A stretch of 25,720 nucleotides of DNA, from the IMG/VR virus record IMGVR_UViG_2531839527_000012; one strand, written 5' to 3'. Position numbers and translations under genes: made by a program. Source of the DNA: a virus. Taxonomy: Duplodnaviria; Heunggongvirae; Uroviricota; Caudoviricetes. The notes under the pieces were generated by a model that saw only the letters and a list, made by a program, of their open reading frames with translations, had not been told where the DNA came from and made no database searches. Below are positions 8,459-17,670 of this stretch, piece by piece (position 1 is the first letter of the stretch; each line of letters opens with the position of its first letter).

Positions 8459-8770
8459 ATGACGACACCAACCAGACGGATAAGTTTCTATCTGAAGCCC
8501 GCCGCCGTCAAGAACGAAGGCGAAGCATGCGCCTGGCTGGACAGCCTTACACCAGAAGCCCGCAAAAGTGGTCAACGCGTGGCTTTTCTGGCCGGGCTGG
8601 CACTACTGAAAATGAATCCGGCAGAGGCTTACCGACTGGCTGCATGGGCTGATGATGAGGCGTTATCAGTGACACAAACCAGGACAGAACGCCCCGCATC
8701 ACAGCCAGTATCAACCGCACAGATAACCAGTCAGATGGCCGGAAATATCCGGGCGTTATTTCCTGAATAA
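8459..8770 (+). CDS. parR: ParR-like partition adaptor / ribbon-helix-helix DNA-binding protein
   Basis: ATG 8459 lies 4 nt after the parM stop. MTTPTRRISFYLKP...AWLDSLTPEARKSGQRVAFLAGLAL resembles the R1 ParR N-terminus (IAFKLNPD...LDSIP...RAALTAGLAL) from memory. Confidence 0.6.
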   Translation: MTTPTRRISFYLKPAAVKNEGEACAWLDSLTPEARKSGQRVAFLAGLALLKMNPAEAYRLAAWADDEALSVTQTRTERPASQPVSTAQITSQMAGNIRALFPE

Positions 8771-8833
8771 CACAACATCAGGGCGAGTTCGCCCTGCTCT
8801 CCACCTCAGAACATAAACAAGGAGAACGACTTA

Positions 8834-9424
8834 ATGAGCGAAATCAACTATCAGGCATTACGTGAACGTTATTCACCTGTGCCAGTACCGAAATGCCCTA
8901 TTTGCGGCGAGGAAATGTCAATTCAGCGAATATCTGGAGCACAGGTTGTTTATGCCTGCTCCGGTTATGGTGATGATGGAGATTTCAAAATTGGCCGAAC
9001 TCTTGCCGACGAACATTATGAAAAATCACGCGTAACAGTGTTGGATGTCGAGGATCCTGAAGTATTGGCGCTACTTGATTGGCTGGAAACCAAAGACAAC
9101 CGAATCGCTGAACTGGAAAAAATCGCCACTGACTATGCACTTAAATTCCAGAAAGCACAGGACGCATTAAAGTATGCCGCTTTGCTGCATAGCAGGACGG
9201 CGCAACAAACAAATAATTTTGCAGTATCGCTTCCGGACATAAGCGAATATTTCATTAATGACGTATTTCAGCCCTTGCGATACGAGCGGGATGTTGAAAG
9301 AGCCATCATAAAGGCTGGCGGAAAAGCATTGTGGCAGGAGAAACACGAGGACAGAACGCATCAGTCCTGCGATGTAAATCGTGGATGGTTTAGCCCACTG
9401 ACGACAGATAAAAATAACACCTGA
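8834..9424 (+). CDS. Hypothetical zinc-ribbon / coiled-coil protein in the P2 tin-old hotspot slot
   Basis: 196-aa ORF with AAGGAG ribosome-binding site 9 nt upstream; N-terminal CPICG...(~20 aa)...CSGYG, central helical region. No homolog recognised. Confidence 0.6.
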   Translation: MSEINYQALRERYSPVPVPKCPICGEEMSIQRISGAQVVYACSGYGDDGDFKIGRTLADEHYEKSRVTVLDVEDPEVLALLDWLETKDNRIAELEKIATDYALKFQKAQDALKYAALLHSRTAQQTNNFAVSLPDISEYFINDVFQPLRYERDVERAIIKAGGKALWQEKHEDRTHQSCDVNRGWFSPLTTDKNNT

Positions 9425-9438
9425 TCCCCCTCAAACCA

Positions 9439-9460
9439 GGGCGATAATCGCGCATCGCCC
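9439..9460 (+). terminator. Hairpin just downstream of the 196-aa gene (terminator-like)
   Basis: GGGCGAT-aatcgcgc-ATCGCCC (7-bp stem, 8-nt loop) followed by TTCT; begins 15 nt after the stop at 9424. T-tract is weak. Confidence 0.4.
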
Positions 9461-9864
9461 TTCTGCACAATAGTGCACAAATTTGCACAATTTTTTTGAA
9501 CGACTTTTTACCCTTCCGGCCCGCATGGCGGCTGGATCCGTCAAGGATCCGTGCGTGCACAAAAAAACGCGTTTTTTCTGCGCGCAGGTGACGGGGGAAC
9601 AGCCCGCGTTTCAGGGGGTAAATAGCATCCCCTGAACGATGTCGCAGCAACACAACAGAATGGCTGTATTTCTCACGCTGAGTGTGAAAAAGACGTGAGG
9701 GATTCGATTTGATGGGGTGAAAGGTAAGGCCGTCAAAATCGCACTGAGGCGTCGAAGAACATGCAGTCAACGCAGTGGGATTGCGTAAGAGTCTGACCGT
9801 CGATGATGGCAATAAGCAGGAAAGCGTCGTGAAATTATCTGACTGATACAGGAGCTGGAGAGTC

Positions 9865-9887
9865 GGGGCATAAATTTTTTATGCCCC
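9865..9887. terminator. Hairpin between convergent genes (possible terminator for portal Q)
   Basis: GGGGCATAAA-ttt-TTTATGCCCC, a 10-bp perfect stem, about 30 bp beyond the Q stop (9915) on the minus strand. Confidence 0.4.
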
Positions 9888-9914
9888 GGCGAAGCAGCAG
9901 ACAAGCGAAGCGCG

Positions 9915-10961
9915 TCAGGATGTGGGCTGGGTGTCTAACAGTGCGTAAGGGTTAAAGCGGATCACCTCTTCGCCAAGCCAGTCATTGATGTGCTTCATGG
10001 CCTCCATGACGGGCATCAGCTCGTTAATTGCGTAAACCCGCGCGGCCTTCTCCACATCACCAAACGCACTTTTTTCACCCGGCATCGCCCCCATCAGTTG
10101 CGGCGGAACGCGGTGCGCAGCCAGCACATCATCACGGGATGCCGCCTTAACATTCATGAACTCATCCTTTGCGGTGATCTGCTGGAACGGCAAAATTTGC
10201 ACCCCCTCTTTGCCCCCGTTGGGCGCATGAATGAGCACGTTTTTAAACGCACCACCACCACGTGCCCCCTGTAGCGTTTCTTTCAGGGAGTCCATGCTTT
10301 CGCGGTTTACCTGCGCTGCACCGATGTAGATGATGCACCCGGCGTGGGATCCATTGTCGTAATACAGTTTTCTGAACATGTCCGCCGAATGAGACAGGCT
10401 TGCCGAGAGTAATGCGCCAAGATATTCCGGCATGCCGTAAATTTCCTGGTTAATGTCCGGATTCATCAGGTGGCACACTTTGCCAGGGCGAAACTGGAAC
10501 GCGTCCTTGCCATCCTGCACATACCACCATGATTCAAGATCGCTTCCGCGTCGCATGTATTTCGCCAGTGCGTGCCGTAATTTAAGCGGTTCGCCGAGCA
10601 TATTGCTTCGAAGCTCAAGGAATGCGTTACCGAACACAAACCAGTCCAGCGCCAGCGCCGAGAAATCCTGCCGGGAAAGCAGCGGGTGCGGGATGTAGCA
10701 ACCGAGTAATACATTGCGCTTAAAGTAAAGCGCAGACTGATGCCAGGACGTTTGCCGGGCTGCTCTTGCCAGACCGTACCAGTCCACCGGGGTTTCATAC
10801 CACCGCCCGTTATCAGCACAGTACATATTGTCCAGCAGGTCATGCCCGGTCAGGCGATAAGGACCATCAAATGTGAATGCACTGAGCGATGATTCTTTCC
10901 TGAGCGCATCAGCGAGATCAATGCGTGAACTCATGCGCACTTTTTTATTTTTTCTGCTCAT
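9915..10961 (-). CDS. Q: Portal protein, P2 gpQ-like
   Basis: 348 aa, close to P2 Q length; position and orientation as in P2 (downstream of P, leftward). Start overlaps the P stop by 1 nt (ATGA on the minus strand). Confidence 0.85.
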   Translation of the reverse strand: MSRKNKKVRMSSRIDLADALRKESSLSAFTFDGPYRLTGHDLLDNMYCADNGRWYETPVDWYGLARAARQTSWHQSALYFKRNVLLGCYIPHPLLSRQDFSALALDWFVFGNAFLELRSNMLGEPLKLRHALAKYMRRGSDLESWWYVQDGKDAFQFRPGKVCHLMNPDINQEIYGMPEYLGALLSASLSHSADMFRKLYYDNGSHAGCIIYIGAAQVNRESMDSLKETLQGARGGGAFKNVLIHAPNGGKEGVQILPFQQITAKDEFMNVKAASRDDVLAAHRVPPQLMGAMPGEKSAFGDVEKAARVYAINELMPVMEAMKHINDWLGEEVIRFNPYALLDTQPTS

Positions 10962-12712
10962 CAGAACTCCATAACCGTGAAACGCTCGTTTTCTCCTTCG
11001 CCGCCAATCGGTTCGTTAATGACAGCAAGCATGGTTGCCCACGCAAGGTCGCCGTGGCTGATCCCCCTCGCGCGGTCCGTTTCGTAAGTGATAAAGCCGC
11101 CCGGTGTTTTCACCTTACGCACGGCGTTAAAGGCCGCGACCAGCTCGCGTTCGGCGCGATCGTATTCCCACCGTCCGGCACGCATTATTTGCAGCATTTT
11201 CAGTACCAGCGACCGTTTGGATGACAGCGTGAAGGTGTACGGAATAGCAGCAGGGAAAAACCGTTTCACTATCTGATAAACAGCCTCCCCGTTCCCGCCC
11301 GTCACATCAATGCCGATGTGTTCCACGTTGTAGCGATACGTGAACTCTTCAATGACTCTGGCCTGTTCTTCAAACTCCAGCCCCTGAACGCGTCGCGTCT
11401 CCACCGTTCGAAAACGGCCACCAGGAACAGCCGGAGGAACCACCACGGACACAGCGCCGCTGTCGCCGTTGCCACTGCTGCCGTTTGCGTCATACCCAAT
11501 CCATACCGGACGATTCCCCATCGGGCGGGGAGCAAAAGGTTTCCAGTCTTTCCAGTCGTCGTATCCGTCAACACCGCAGCCAATCAGGATATTCAGGTTA
11601 AATGCCGATTCCCCTTCGCGGACAAACTCACACATATAGAGATTGAGGAACTCGTCTTCGGTGTTTTCATCACGAATTTCGTCAATATCGGTGTGTTTCC
11701 AGCCGTGATTAACCACATCTTCCAGCGTGACAATTTGCCGCCACGTCCGGTCAGGGCAGATAAGCCCGTTATGCAGCGTTTTCCAGTCCACAGAAAAACG
11801 CTGGCGTTTATGCGTGGCCTTTTTCTCGTTCCAGCGGTCGCCGTTCCAGTAGGCGTATGCCTCGTGCGTTTCGGTGGATGGCGTGGAGAAGTAGGTGCGC
11901 CGCAGTCCGCTGAGGGTTGCCATAGCGCCAGCCACCTTGCGCAGTTCAGCAAAGCGACTGACCCAGAAGAATTCATCAAAATAAAAATTGCCCGTATAGG
12001 ACTGTGCCGACGCAGCAGAAGTGCCGAGAAAATGCAGCTCTGCGCCGTTGGAGAGGATGATTTTATCGCCCCCTTTCAGCTCCACATCAACTTCAGATGC
12101 AGCCTTCTGAATAATGCTTTTAAACTGGAACGCCTGACGACGCGACGCAGACAAAAAAATCTGGTTACGCTGGTAAGGTTGCGCCACATCGTCACGCAGC
12201 GCCATCAGCAGTGCTTCCTGTGCAAAATACCAGGTCGCCCCAATCTGTCGGGATTTCAGGATCATCCTGTTACGTATCCCGGCTTCCCTGCAAAGGGTCA
12301 GGGAGTCAAACCAGCCCCGCTGATGCCACTCCAGCCTGCTGATGATTTTTTCCCGCAGTGCGGCAATCTGTTCCGGCGTGAAATGATTTTTGAGTTTTTT
12401 CGCCCGGCCTTTCTTTCCTGTGGCCGTCACATCCGGCTGGCCATCATGCAGTTTTTTAAGCTGCCGGGTCAGCAGGTCTATTTCCTTAAAGTCACCGCCT
12501 GTTTTATTCTGTTTTTCAGTAAGCTGGATGAGGCGCGCATCAATGGACTGCGTGACACGCTGCACGGGTGGCGTTTCATCCCACTGGTCGCGTTTTTTCC
12601 ACGCATAAATCGTGTTCGGGTTTATTCCCATCAGACGTGATATTTCTGCGGGCGGATAACCCTGCCAGTAAAGTTGCCGCGCACGCTGGCGCACAAAAGC
12701 GTCCTGAATCAT
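10961..12712 (-). CDS. P: Terminase large (ATPase) subunit, P2 gpP-like
   Basis: 583 aa; helix-turn-helix-like N-terminus (AEISRLMGINPNTIYAWKKR) as in P2-family terminase P; divergent from the O/N/M block, as in P2. Confidence 0.9.
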   Translation of the reverse strand: MIQDAFVRQRARQLYWQGYPPAEISRLMGINPNTIYAWKKRDQWDETPPVQRVTQSIDARLIQLTEKQNKTGGDFKEIDLLTRQLKKLHDGQPDVTATGKKGRAKKLKNHFTPEQIAALREKIISRLEWHQRGWFDSLTLCREAGIRNRMILKSRQIGATWYFAQEALLMALRDDVAQPYQRNQIFLSASRRQAFQFKSIIQKAASEVDVELKGGDKIILSNGAELHFLGTSAASAQSYTGNFYFDEFFWVSRFAELRKVAGAMATLSGLRRTYFSTPSTETHEAYAYWNGDRWNEKKATHKRQRFSVDWKTLHNGLICPDRTWRQIVTLEDVVNHGWKHTDIDEIRDENTEDEFLNLYMCEFVREGESAFNLNILIGCGVDGYDDWKDWKPFAPRPMGNRPVWIGYDANGSSGNGDSGAVSVVVPPAVPGGRFRTVETRRVQGLEFEEQARVIEEFTYRYNVEHIGIDVTGGNGEAVYQIVKRFFPAAIPYTFTLSSKRSLVLKMLQIMRAGRWEYDRAERELVAAFNAVRKVKTPGGFITYETDRARGISHGDLAWATMLAVINEPIGGEGENERFTVMEF

Positions 12713-12866
12713 TGCTCCCCCTGAGTAATTACAGGAAGATTACCCGCGCGCGAAACCGTTCTCCTTAACCCCCTGTTCTGGCTGTTTTCTTACAACAAAA
12801 GCCCTTTGTATCAGCCTGTTACGCTTTGCCATCATGACTGAAGAACCAGTCAGAGGGGCAAAAACT
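12713..12866. promoter_or_regulatory. Divergent late promoter region between P and O
   Basis: 154-bp intergenic region between divergently transcribed P (minus) and O (plus), where P2 has its Ogr-dependent late promoters. No exact TGT-N12-ACA activator site found by eye. Confidence 0.35.
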
Positions 12867-13703
12867 ATGGCTAATGAAAAAAAGACATCCCGCAAAAAGT
12901 TTCGCGTGGCTGTCTCCGGTGTAACGGCAGACGGGCGCGAAATCAACGGCGACATGCTGAAAGCTGCCGCCACCAGTTATAACCCGTCCGTTTATGGTGC
13001 ACGTGTGAATATTGAGCACATCCTGTCACCACTCCCCGGTAGCGAGTTTTCCGCTATGGGCGATGTTGTGGGGTTGAGCACCGAAGACATAACCGATGGC
13101 CCGCTGGCAGGTCGCACGGCACTGTATGCCGAAATTGAGCCGACCGCTCGCATGATGTCCCTGCTTAACGATGGTAAGAAAATCTATTCCAGTATTGAGC
13201 TGGAACCACAGTTCTCCGTTAACGGGCGCGCCTATCTGGTCGGGCTGGCGATGACCGACACCCCGGCAAGCCTGGGCACTGAGCGCCTGAAATTCACGGC
13301 ACAGCAACGTCAGGCGGTGATGACGTTCAACAGTGTCCAGGGTGAAGCACCGCTTATCTCCGAAGCCATCGAGTCTGAAATCATCGAAATGGCAGAACAA
13401 CGCCAGGAAGAAGGCACCCAGTGGTTTAACCGCGTAATGGGGATTATTGGCCGTGGCCGCAAAGCGGATGACGCCAGTTTCTCCCGCATTCAGGAAGCGG
13501 TGGAAGGCGTCGCAACGTCACAGGCCGACATTATCGACCGTTTTAATGCACTGGAAACCCGCCATCAGCAGGACAGCCAGAAAATCACTTCACTGACCAC
13601 AGAGCTGGCAGCACTGAAGGAAAAGCTGCGCACGCAGGACGGCGATCCGCAGAACCGGTTCACCGCAACGGGCGCAGCCTCCGACCAGCTGGCTGACTTC
13701 TGA
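12867..13703 (+). CDS. O: Capsid scaffolding protein, P2 gpO-like
   Basis: ORF 12834..13703; ATG 12867 (MANEKKTSRKKFRVAVSG...) has a GAGGGG ribosome-binding site. N-terminal and central regions (YLVGLAMTDTPASLGTE) match the P2 O pattern from memory. Confidence 0.8.
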   Translation: MANEKKTSRKKFRVAVSGVTADGREINGDMLKAAATSYNPSVYGARVNIEHILSPLPGSEFSAMGDVVGLSTEDITDGPLAGRTALYAEIEPTARMMSLLNDGKKIYSSIELEPQFSVNGRAYLVGLAMTDTPASLGTERLKFTAQQRQAVMTFNSVQGEAPLISEAIESEIIEMAEQRQEEGTQWFNRVMGIIGRGRKADDASFSRIQEAVEGVATSQADIIDRFNALETRHQQDSQKITSLTTELAALKEKLRTQDGDPQNRFTATGAASDQLADF

Positions 13704-13726
13704 TAAGACAAAGGAGCAAATTTTTT

Positions 13727-14773
13727 ATGAATCTGGTGATGTCAGATATTACCCGCAACAAGCTGGGTTGCTATATGGCGCAGCAGGCGTCGCTTAACAA
13801 TATCCCGGTTTCCGCACTGGTATCGCGATTTACCGTGGAACCCTCGGTACAGCAGCGTTTTGAAAACGCCTCAAAGGAAAGCACCGAATTTACAAAAAGA
13901 ATTAACGTGATCGGCGTGACCGACCAGAAAGGCGAAAAAATCCTCCTGGATACCACAGGACCGATTGCGCGCACGAATACCAGTTATGACGGAACAAAAC
14001 GCCGTAACCCGAATAACGTGGTTGATCTGAAAAACCGCAAATACCAGTGCGAACAGGTGAACTACGACACGTTTATTTCATATCCGCAGCTTGATGCCTG
14101 GGCGGCACACCCTGATTTTCAGTCCCGCATCAGCGCACAGATTGCCCGACAGGTGGCCTTGACCGATCATGATCGGTTTCAACGGCACGTCTCACGCGGA
14201 TGAGTCAACTTCAGCACCAACAAGTTGCTTCAGGACGTTAACGTGGGTGGCTGGAGCACATCAGAACCGACGCCAGCGAACGCGTTATGAATACGTGACG
14301 CTGACCTCCCGTAACATGGACAACACCGTGGCGCACGCGGGTAAGTATGCGAACGCTGATGCACTGGTACAGGACGCGCGCTCATCCCTGCTGGATGAAT
14401 GGCACAAGGAAGCGACGACCTCGTGGTGATTATGGGGCGCAACCTGTTTAACTCGCTGCGTCTGCCCGTGCTGAACAGCATCAGCGGCCAGAATCCCAAT
14501 GCGGAATTACTCGCCGGGCAGCTCATTCTGTCATCGCGCACCATTGGCGGGCTGGGCGTGTTCCTTGCGCCGTTCTTCCCGGATTCAACGATGCTGGTCA
14601 CCTCGTTCAACAACCTGTCGATTTACTGGCAGAAAGGTTCAATGCGTCGTCTGATGAAAGACGAACCGGAATACAACCGCATCGCCACCTACCAGTCCAT
14701 CAATGACGCTTATGTCGTTGAAGACTATGGCAAGTGCGCGATGGTCACTGGCCTGAAGTTCGCCGACAGCTAA
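13727..14773 (+). pseudogene. N: Major capsid protein, P2 gpN-like, frameshifted
   Basis: First 159 codons (13727-14203) are colinear with P2 N (FTVEPSV, RINV, KGEKI, NKYQCEQVNYD). The protein then continues across several frame switches between 14169 and 14430 (MIGFNGT / STNKLLQDVNVGGW / ERVMNT), and the last 125 codons (14399-14773) match the P2 N C-terminus (NLSIYW, YVVEDY). Confidence 0.85.
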
Positions 14774-14818
14774 TCAACTCACGGCGGGCATCATGCCCGC
14801 CTGTAACGGAGAGAAAAA

Positions 14819-15607
14819 ATGATTACTCCTGCACAACAACACTGGCAGAACGTGATGGCACAGCGCGCAGGCCGGGCGAATGAAGGCGTGGACCACGCCG
14901 CGCGTACCGCGCATGAAGAGGTGCTGTATCGTCTGCGTCTGGCACAGGCCCGGCTTAAGGGCGTACAGGCCAGAAGCGCGAAAGCCGCCATCAAAAAAGA
15001 GTTGTTGCCGGATTTTTCCGGCTGGATTGAGGGAACGCTGGAGGCTGACGGCGGGCAGCAGGATGAAGTGATTGCCACGCTGATGGTGTGGGCGATTGAC
15101 TGGGCGATCTTCCGCTTGCGTGCGTATGGGCGTATGTGGTCCGTCAAACCTCATCATGCCGGATAACTTTGGCCGTACTGCTGCCACGGTACTGACCGAA
15201 GAAATCTGAACCGGTACTGACGCAGGCCGGGACGGATGCGACGCGGATTTGTCCGCCTTTATCGAACCACTGGACACCCTCCGGGAGATTGTCACGACCA
15301 GGACATGCCGGACGAAGTGCGCGCCAAATTATGCAAGCGTGCGCTTTGCCCGTCGTGGTCTGACCGATGCAGGCAACATGGCCTTATCACTGAAGCTGCT
15401 GCGCGAAGCGATGCACCTGAACCCGAACGCAGGTGTGAAACGCGAGATTGCAACCCTTTCCCGCGCCCTGAAAAAAGCCGATTCCGCAGCCGACCAGAAG
15501 ACGCCAGCGCACAGCAGGCGCAGGACGAAAGCAGCAAAAGTAAAAAGACAACGCGGAAGCCTGCAACACGAAAAACCACCGCGACGCAGAAGGCGAAGCG
15601 CGGTTAA
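14819..15607 (+). pseudogene. M: Terminase small (endonuclease) subunit, P2 gpM-like, frameshifted
   Basis: N-terminal 115 aa (14819-15166) match P2 M (KKELLPDFSGWIEG, QDEVIATLMVW); later segments lie in two other frames (MPDEVRAKL in 15236-15607; AGVKREIATLSRALK in 15249-15614). Confidence 0.8.
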
Positions 15608-15708
15608 CGACTGACCCCGTCAGCGGGCGGCGTGCGCGGTGTTCCGGTTTGACTCCGTGACCGTTTACACCGCGCACCCACCGCCCGATTTTTTCAGGAG
15701 TGAACCCC

Positions 15709-16201
15709 ATGAGTATGGTTGCCAGAACCAACCCCGGACCCGCAGAGGACGACATCACCGATACCGATGATGGTGATACCCGTATTTCAGCGGGTGCATT
15801 CTGGCCGGATATTGTGCTGCGTGAACTGCGTCTGGCGGTACGACTGCCGGGCCGTGTGACCACCTCCCGCCTGCTGCATACCGCCACCGGGGCCGTGGCA
15901 CACGTTACCCGCGAGCTGGAAGCGTGGCAGCAGGAACAGCAGGCGGCTGGCCATCAGACGCTGGCCGATGTTCCGGCACCCGTAATTAACGGAGAAAGCG
16001 TCAATCTCTGGCACTGGCGCAATGCGTTTAACCGCCACACGCGCCCTGATTCTGGAGCGTTACCGCGATGCGGACACAACGGATAAGGGCGACCGCCGGG
16101 CGGACGCACTGGATATACAGACATCGGATTTGTGGCGCGATGTGAGCTGGGCCATCTCTGACATTCTGTGCCGCCCGCGAATCTTTGCGGAGCTGTGCTG
16201 A
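15709..16201 (+). pseudogene. L: Head completion protein, P2 gpL-like, frameshifted
   Basis: ATG 15709 preceded by AGGAG; LADVPAPVINGESV matches P2 L. The reading frame ends at 16086, but the C-terminal match (WRDVSWAISDILCRPRIF) continues in another frame to the TGA at 16199-16201, which overlaps the X start. Confidence 0.7.
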
Positions 16202-16401
16202 TGAAAGTGAAGGCACTGGAAGGCGACACCGTGGATTCGCTCTGTTTCCGGTACTACGGCACGACGCAGGGCGTCACCGAAAAGGTGCTGGATGCCAACC
16301 CCGGACTCTGTCAGCAGGTATTTCTGGACGCCGGGCAGGAAGTGGAGATGCCGGAGCCGGAGAAGAAGAAACGAGAAATGATTCAGTTGTGGGGGGAGTA
16401 G
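16201..16401 (+). CDS. X: P2 gpX-like small tail protein
   Basis: 66 aa from ATG 16201 (MKVKALEGDTVDSLCFRYYG...), colinear with P2 X from memory. Confidence 0.7.
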   Translation: MKVKALEGDTVDSLCFRYYGTTQGVTEKVLDANPGLCQQVFLDAGQEVEMPEPEKKKREMIQLWGE

Positions 16402-16403
16402 CA

Positions 16404-16727
16404 GTGAGCACCATTCAAACAGGGATCACAGAGCAGGTTATTGCGTGGCTCTTTGACCACCTGCCAACGGTGTATGCAGTAGGCGCGGCAGTCAGCATTT
16501 CCGCGCTGATGAGTCTTTATGACGGACGAACTCTGGTTCAGACCGTAACGGGATCGCTGGCGTGCGGCGTTCTTGCCATGGCCGTGGCCGGGTCGTTGCG
16601 CTTCTTCGGTTTTCCTGAAGATGCCGTGACGTTTATCGGCGCATCAATCGGTTTTATGGGTGCAGAGAAAGCACGCGACAAGGTTATTGCGGCCTTTAAT
16701 CGCAGGGTGAAGGAGAAGGACGAATGA
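16404..16727 (+). CDS. Putative holin
   Basis: GTG 16404, 2 nt after the X stop; 107 aa with two or three hydrophobic helices and a charged C-terminal tail (RRVKEKDE). Immediately precedes and overlaps the endolysin (ATGA). Assigned by position and topology; not similar to P2 Y. Confidence 0.55.
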   Translation: MSTIQTGITEQVIAWLFDHLPTVYAVGAAVSISALMSLYDGRTLVQTVTGSLACGVLAMAVAGSLRFFGFPEDAVTFIGASIGFMGAEKARDKVIAAFNRRVKEKDE

Positions 16728-17116
16728 GCAACACATTTAAATTCAGCAGCCGGAGCGAAAAGAATTTGCAGGGCGTAAATCCTGATCTGGTGAAAGTGAC
16801 CCGACGGGCACTGGAAATCTCGGAAGTGGATTTTGGTATCACCGAAGGGTTGCGCAGCCGTTACCGCCAGAAGCAACTGGTGGCCACGGGTAAGAGCCAG
16901 ACCATGAACAGCCGCCACCTTACGGGGCATGCCGTGGATGTTGTGGCTTATATCGGCAGCCAGGTGTCATGGGAATGGCCGCTGTACGAAAAAATCGCAG
17001 CAGCATTCAGACAGGCCAGCCGGGAACTGAATATTCCGGTGGAATGGGGCGGCGACTGGAAGACCCTGAAAGACGGACCGCATTTTCAGTTACCACACGG
17101 AGGCTATCCGGCATGA
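16724..17116 (+). CDS. Endolysin, peptidase M15 (VanY / L-alanyl-D-glutamate peptidase type)
   Basis: 130 aa; SRHLTGHAVDV and GPHFQ resemble the Zn-binding H-x6-D ... H signature of M15 peptidases. Sits between holin and spanins. Confidence 0.7.
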   Translation: MSNTFKFSSRSEKNLQGVNPDLVKVTRRALEISEVDFGITEGLRSRYRQKQLVATGKSQTMNSRHLTGHAVDVVAYIGSQVSWEWPLYEKIAAAFRQASRELNIPVEWGGDWKTLKDGPHFQLPHGGYPA

Positions 17117-17670
17117 AGCTCTGGCCCACGCTGGGCGTCGCTTTCCTTCTGATTGCCGCATGGGGAACATCCATGCGTCTGTCGTGGTCGCTGGGCAGGG
17201 AGAACGCCAGAAACGAAGCGCAGGCCAGCGCCCTGAAAAGTACCGTCGACACCCTGAATATCATCAGCGCTGGGGTACAGGATATGCAGCAGGTGCTGGC
17301 ACAACTCCGCGTGGAAAATCAGCAACGCAATCAGGACGGAGAGGCAGACGTGAACAGCTACGCAACGATATTGCAAAAGATGAATGCGCCCACGCTTTGC
17401 CTGACGCTCGTTTTACTGACAGGCTGCGCAGGCACGCAGAACGCGCCACGGCCAGCGCCGTCAGTCCGGCTTATACCGCAGACGCTGACCATACCGGTAA
17501 CGCCTCCCCCCTTCCCTGACACTCCCACATGGGGAAATCTCGGTATATGGGGCGACCGCCTTCTGGATGCACTGGAAACCTGTAACACGGATAAACGGGC
17601 CATTGAATTACTGGAGCAGCGCAGACTGCAACGACTGAACAACGAGGATAACAACCATGCTGAAAACTGA
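17113..17670 (+). CDS. Spanin region: Rz/LysB-like i-spanin N-terminus reading in frame into the o-spanin lipoprotein sequence
   Basis: ATG 17113 overlaps the endolysin stop; N-terminal signal-anchor (LWPTLGVAFLLIAAW) and coiled-coil, then in the same frame a lipobox sequence. A +2 frame segment ending at 17519 looks like a separate i-spanin C-terminus, so a frameshift near 17345-17375 is suspected. Confidence 0.45.
   Translation: MKLWPTLGVAFLLIAAWGTSMRLSWSLGRENARNEAQASALKSTVDTLNIISAGVQDMQQVLAQLRVENQQRNQDGEADVNSYATILQKMNAPTLCLTLVLLTGCAGTQNAPRPAPSVRLIPQTLTIPVTPPPFPDTPTWGNLGIWGDRLLDALETCNTDKRAIELLEQRRLQRLNNEDNNHAEN
17380..17670 (+). CDS. o-spanin (Rz1/LysC-like outer-membrane lipoprotein)
   Basis: ATG 17380; signal peptide with lipobox LLTGC, proline-rich segment (PVTPPPFPDTP) and a conserved Cys downstream; the stop at 17668-17670 lies just after the R start. 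Confidence 0.55.
   Translation: MNAPTLCLTLVLLTGCAGTQNAPRPAPSVRLIPQTLTIPVTPPPFPDTPTWGNLGIWGDRLLDALETCNTDKRAIELLEQRRLQRLNNEDNNHAEN

Noticed and set aside
9390-9812. 140-aa minus-strand ORF in the A-to-Q intergenic region
   Set aside because: No ribosome-binding site, Arg/Cys-rich translation, and it sits in the expected non-coding cos region.
11318-12640. 440-aa plus-strand ORF
   Set aside because: Antisense to the well-supported large terminase gene P; no recognisable domains.
14774-15295. 173-aa and 118-aa minus-strand ORFs
   Set aside because: Antisense to the small terminase gene M, whose sense frames carry the conserved sequence.
16185-16727. 180-aa form of the holin ORF starting at 16185
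   Set aside because: The upstream part overlaps gene X in another frame; the GTG at 16404 directly after the X stop is the plausible start.
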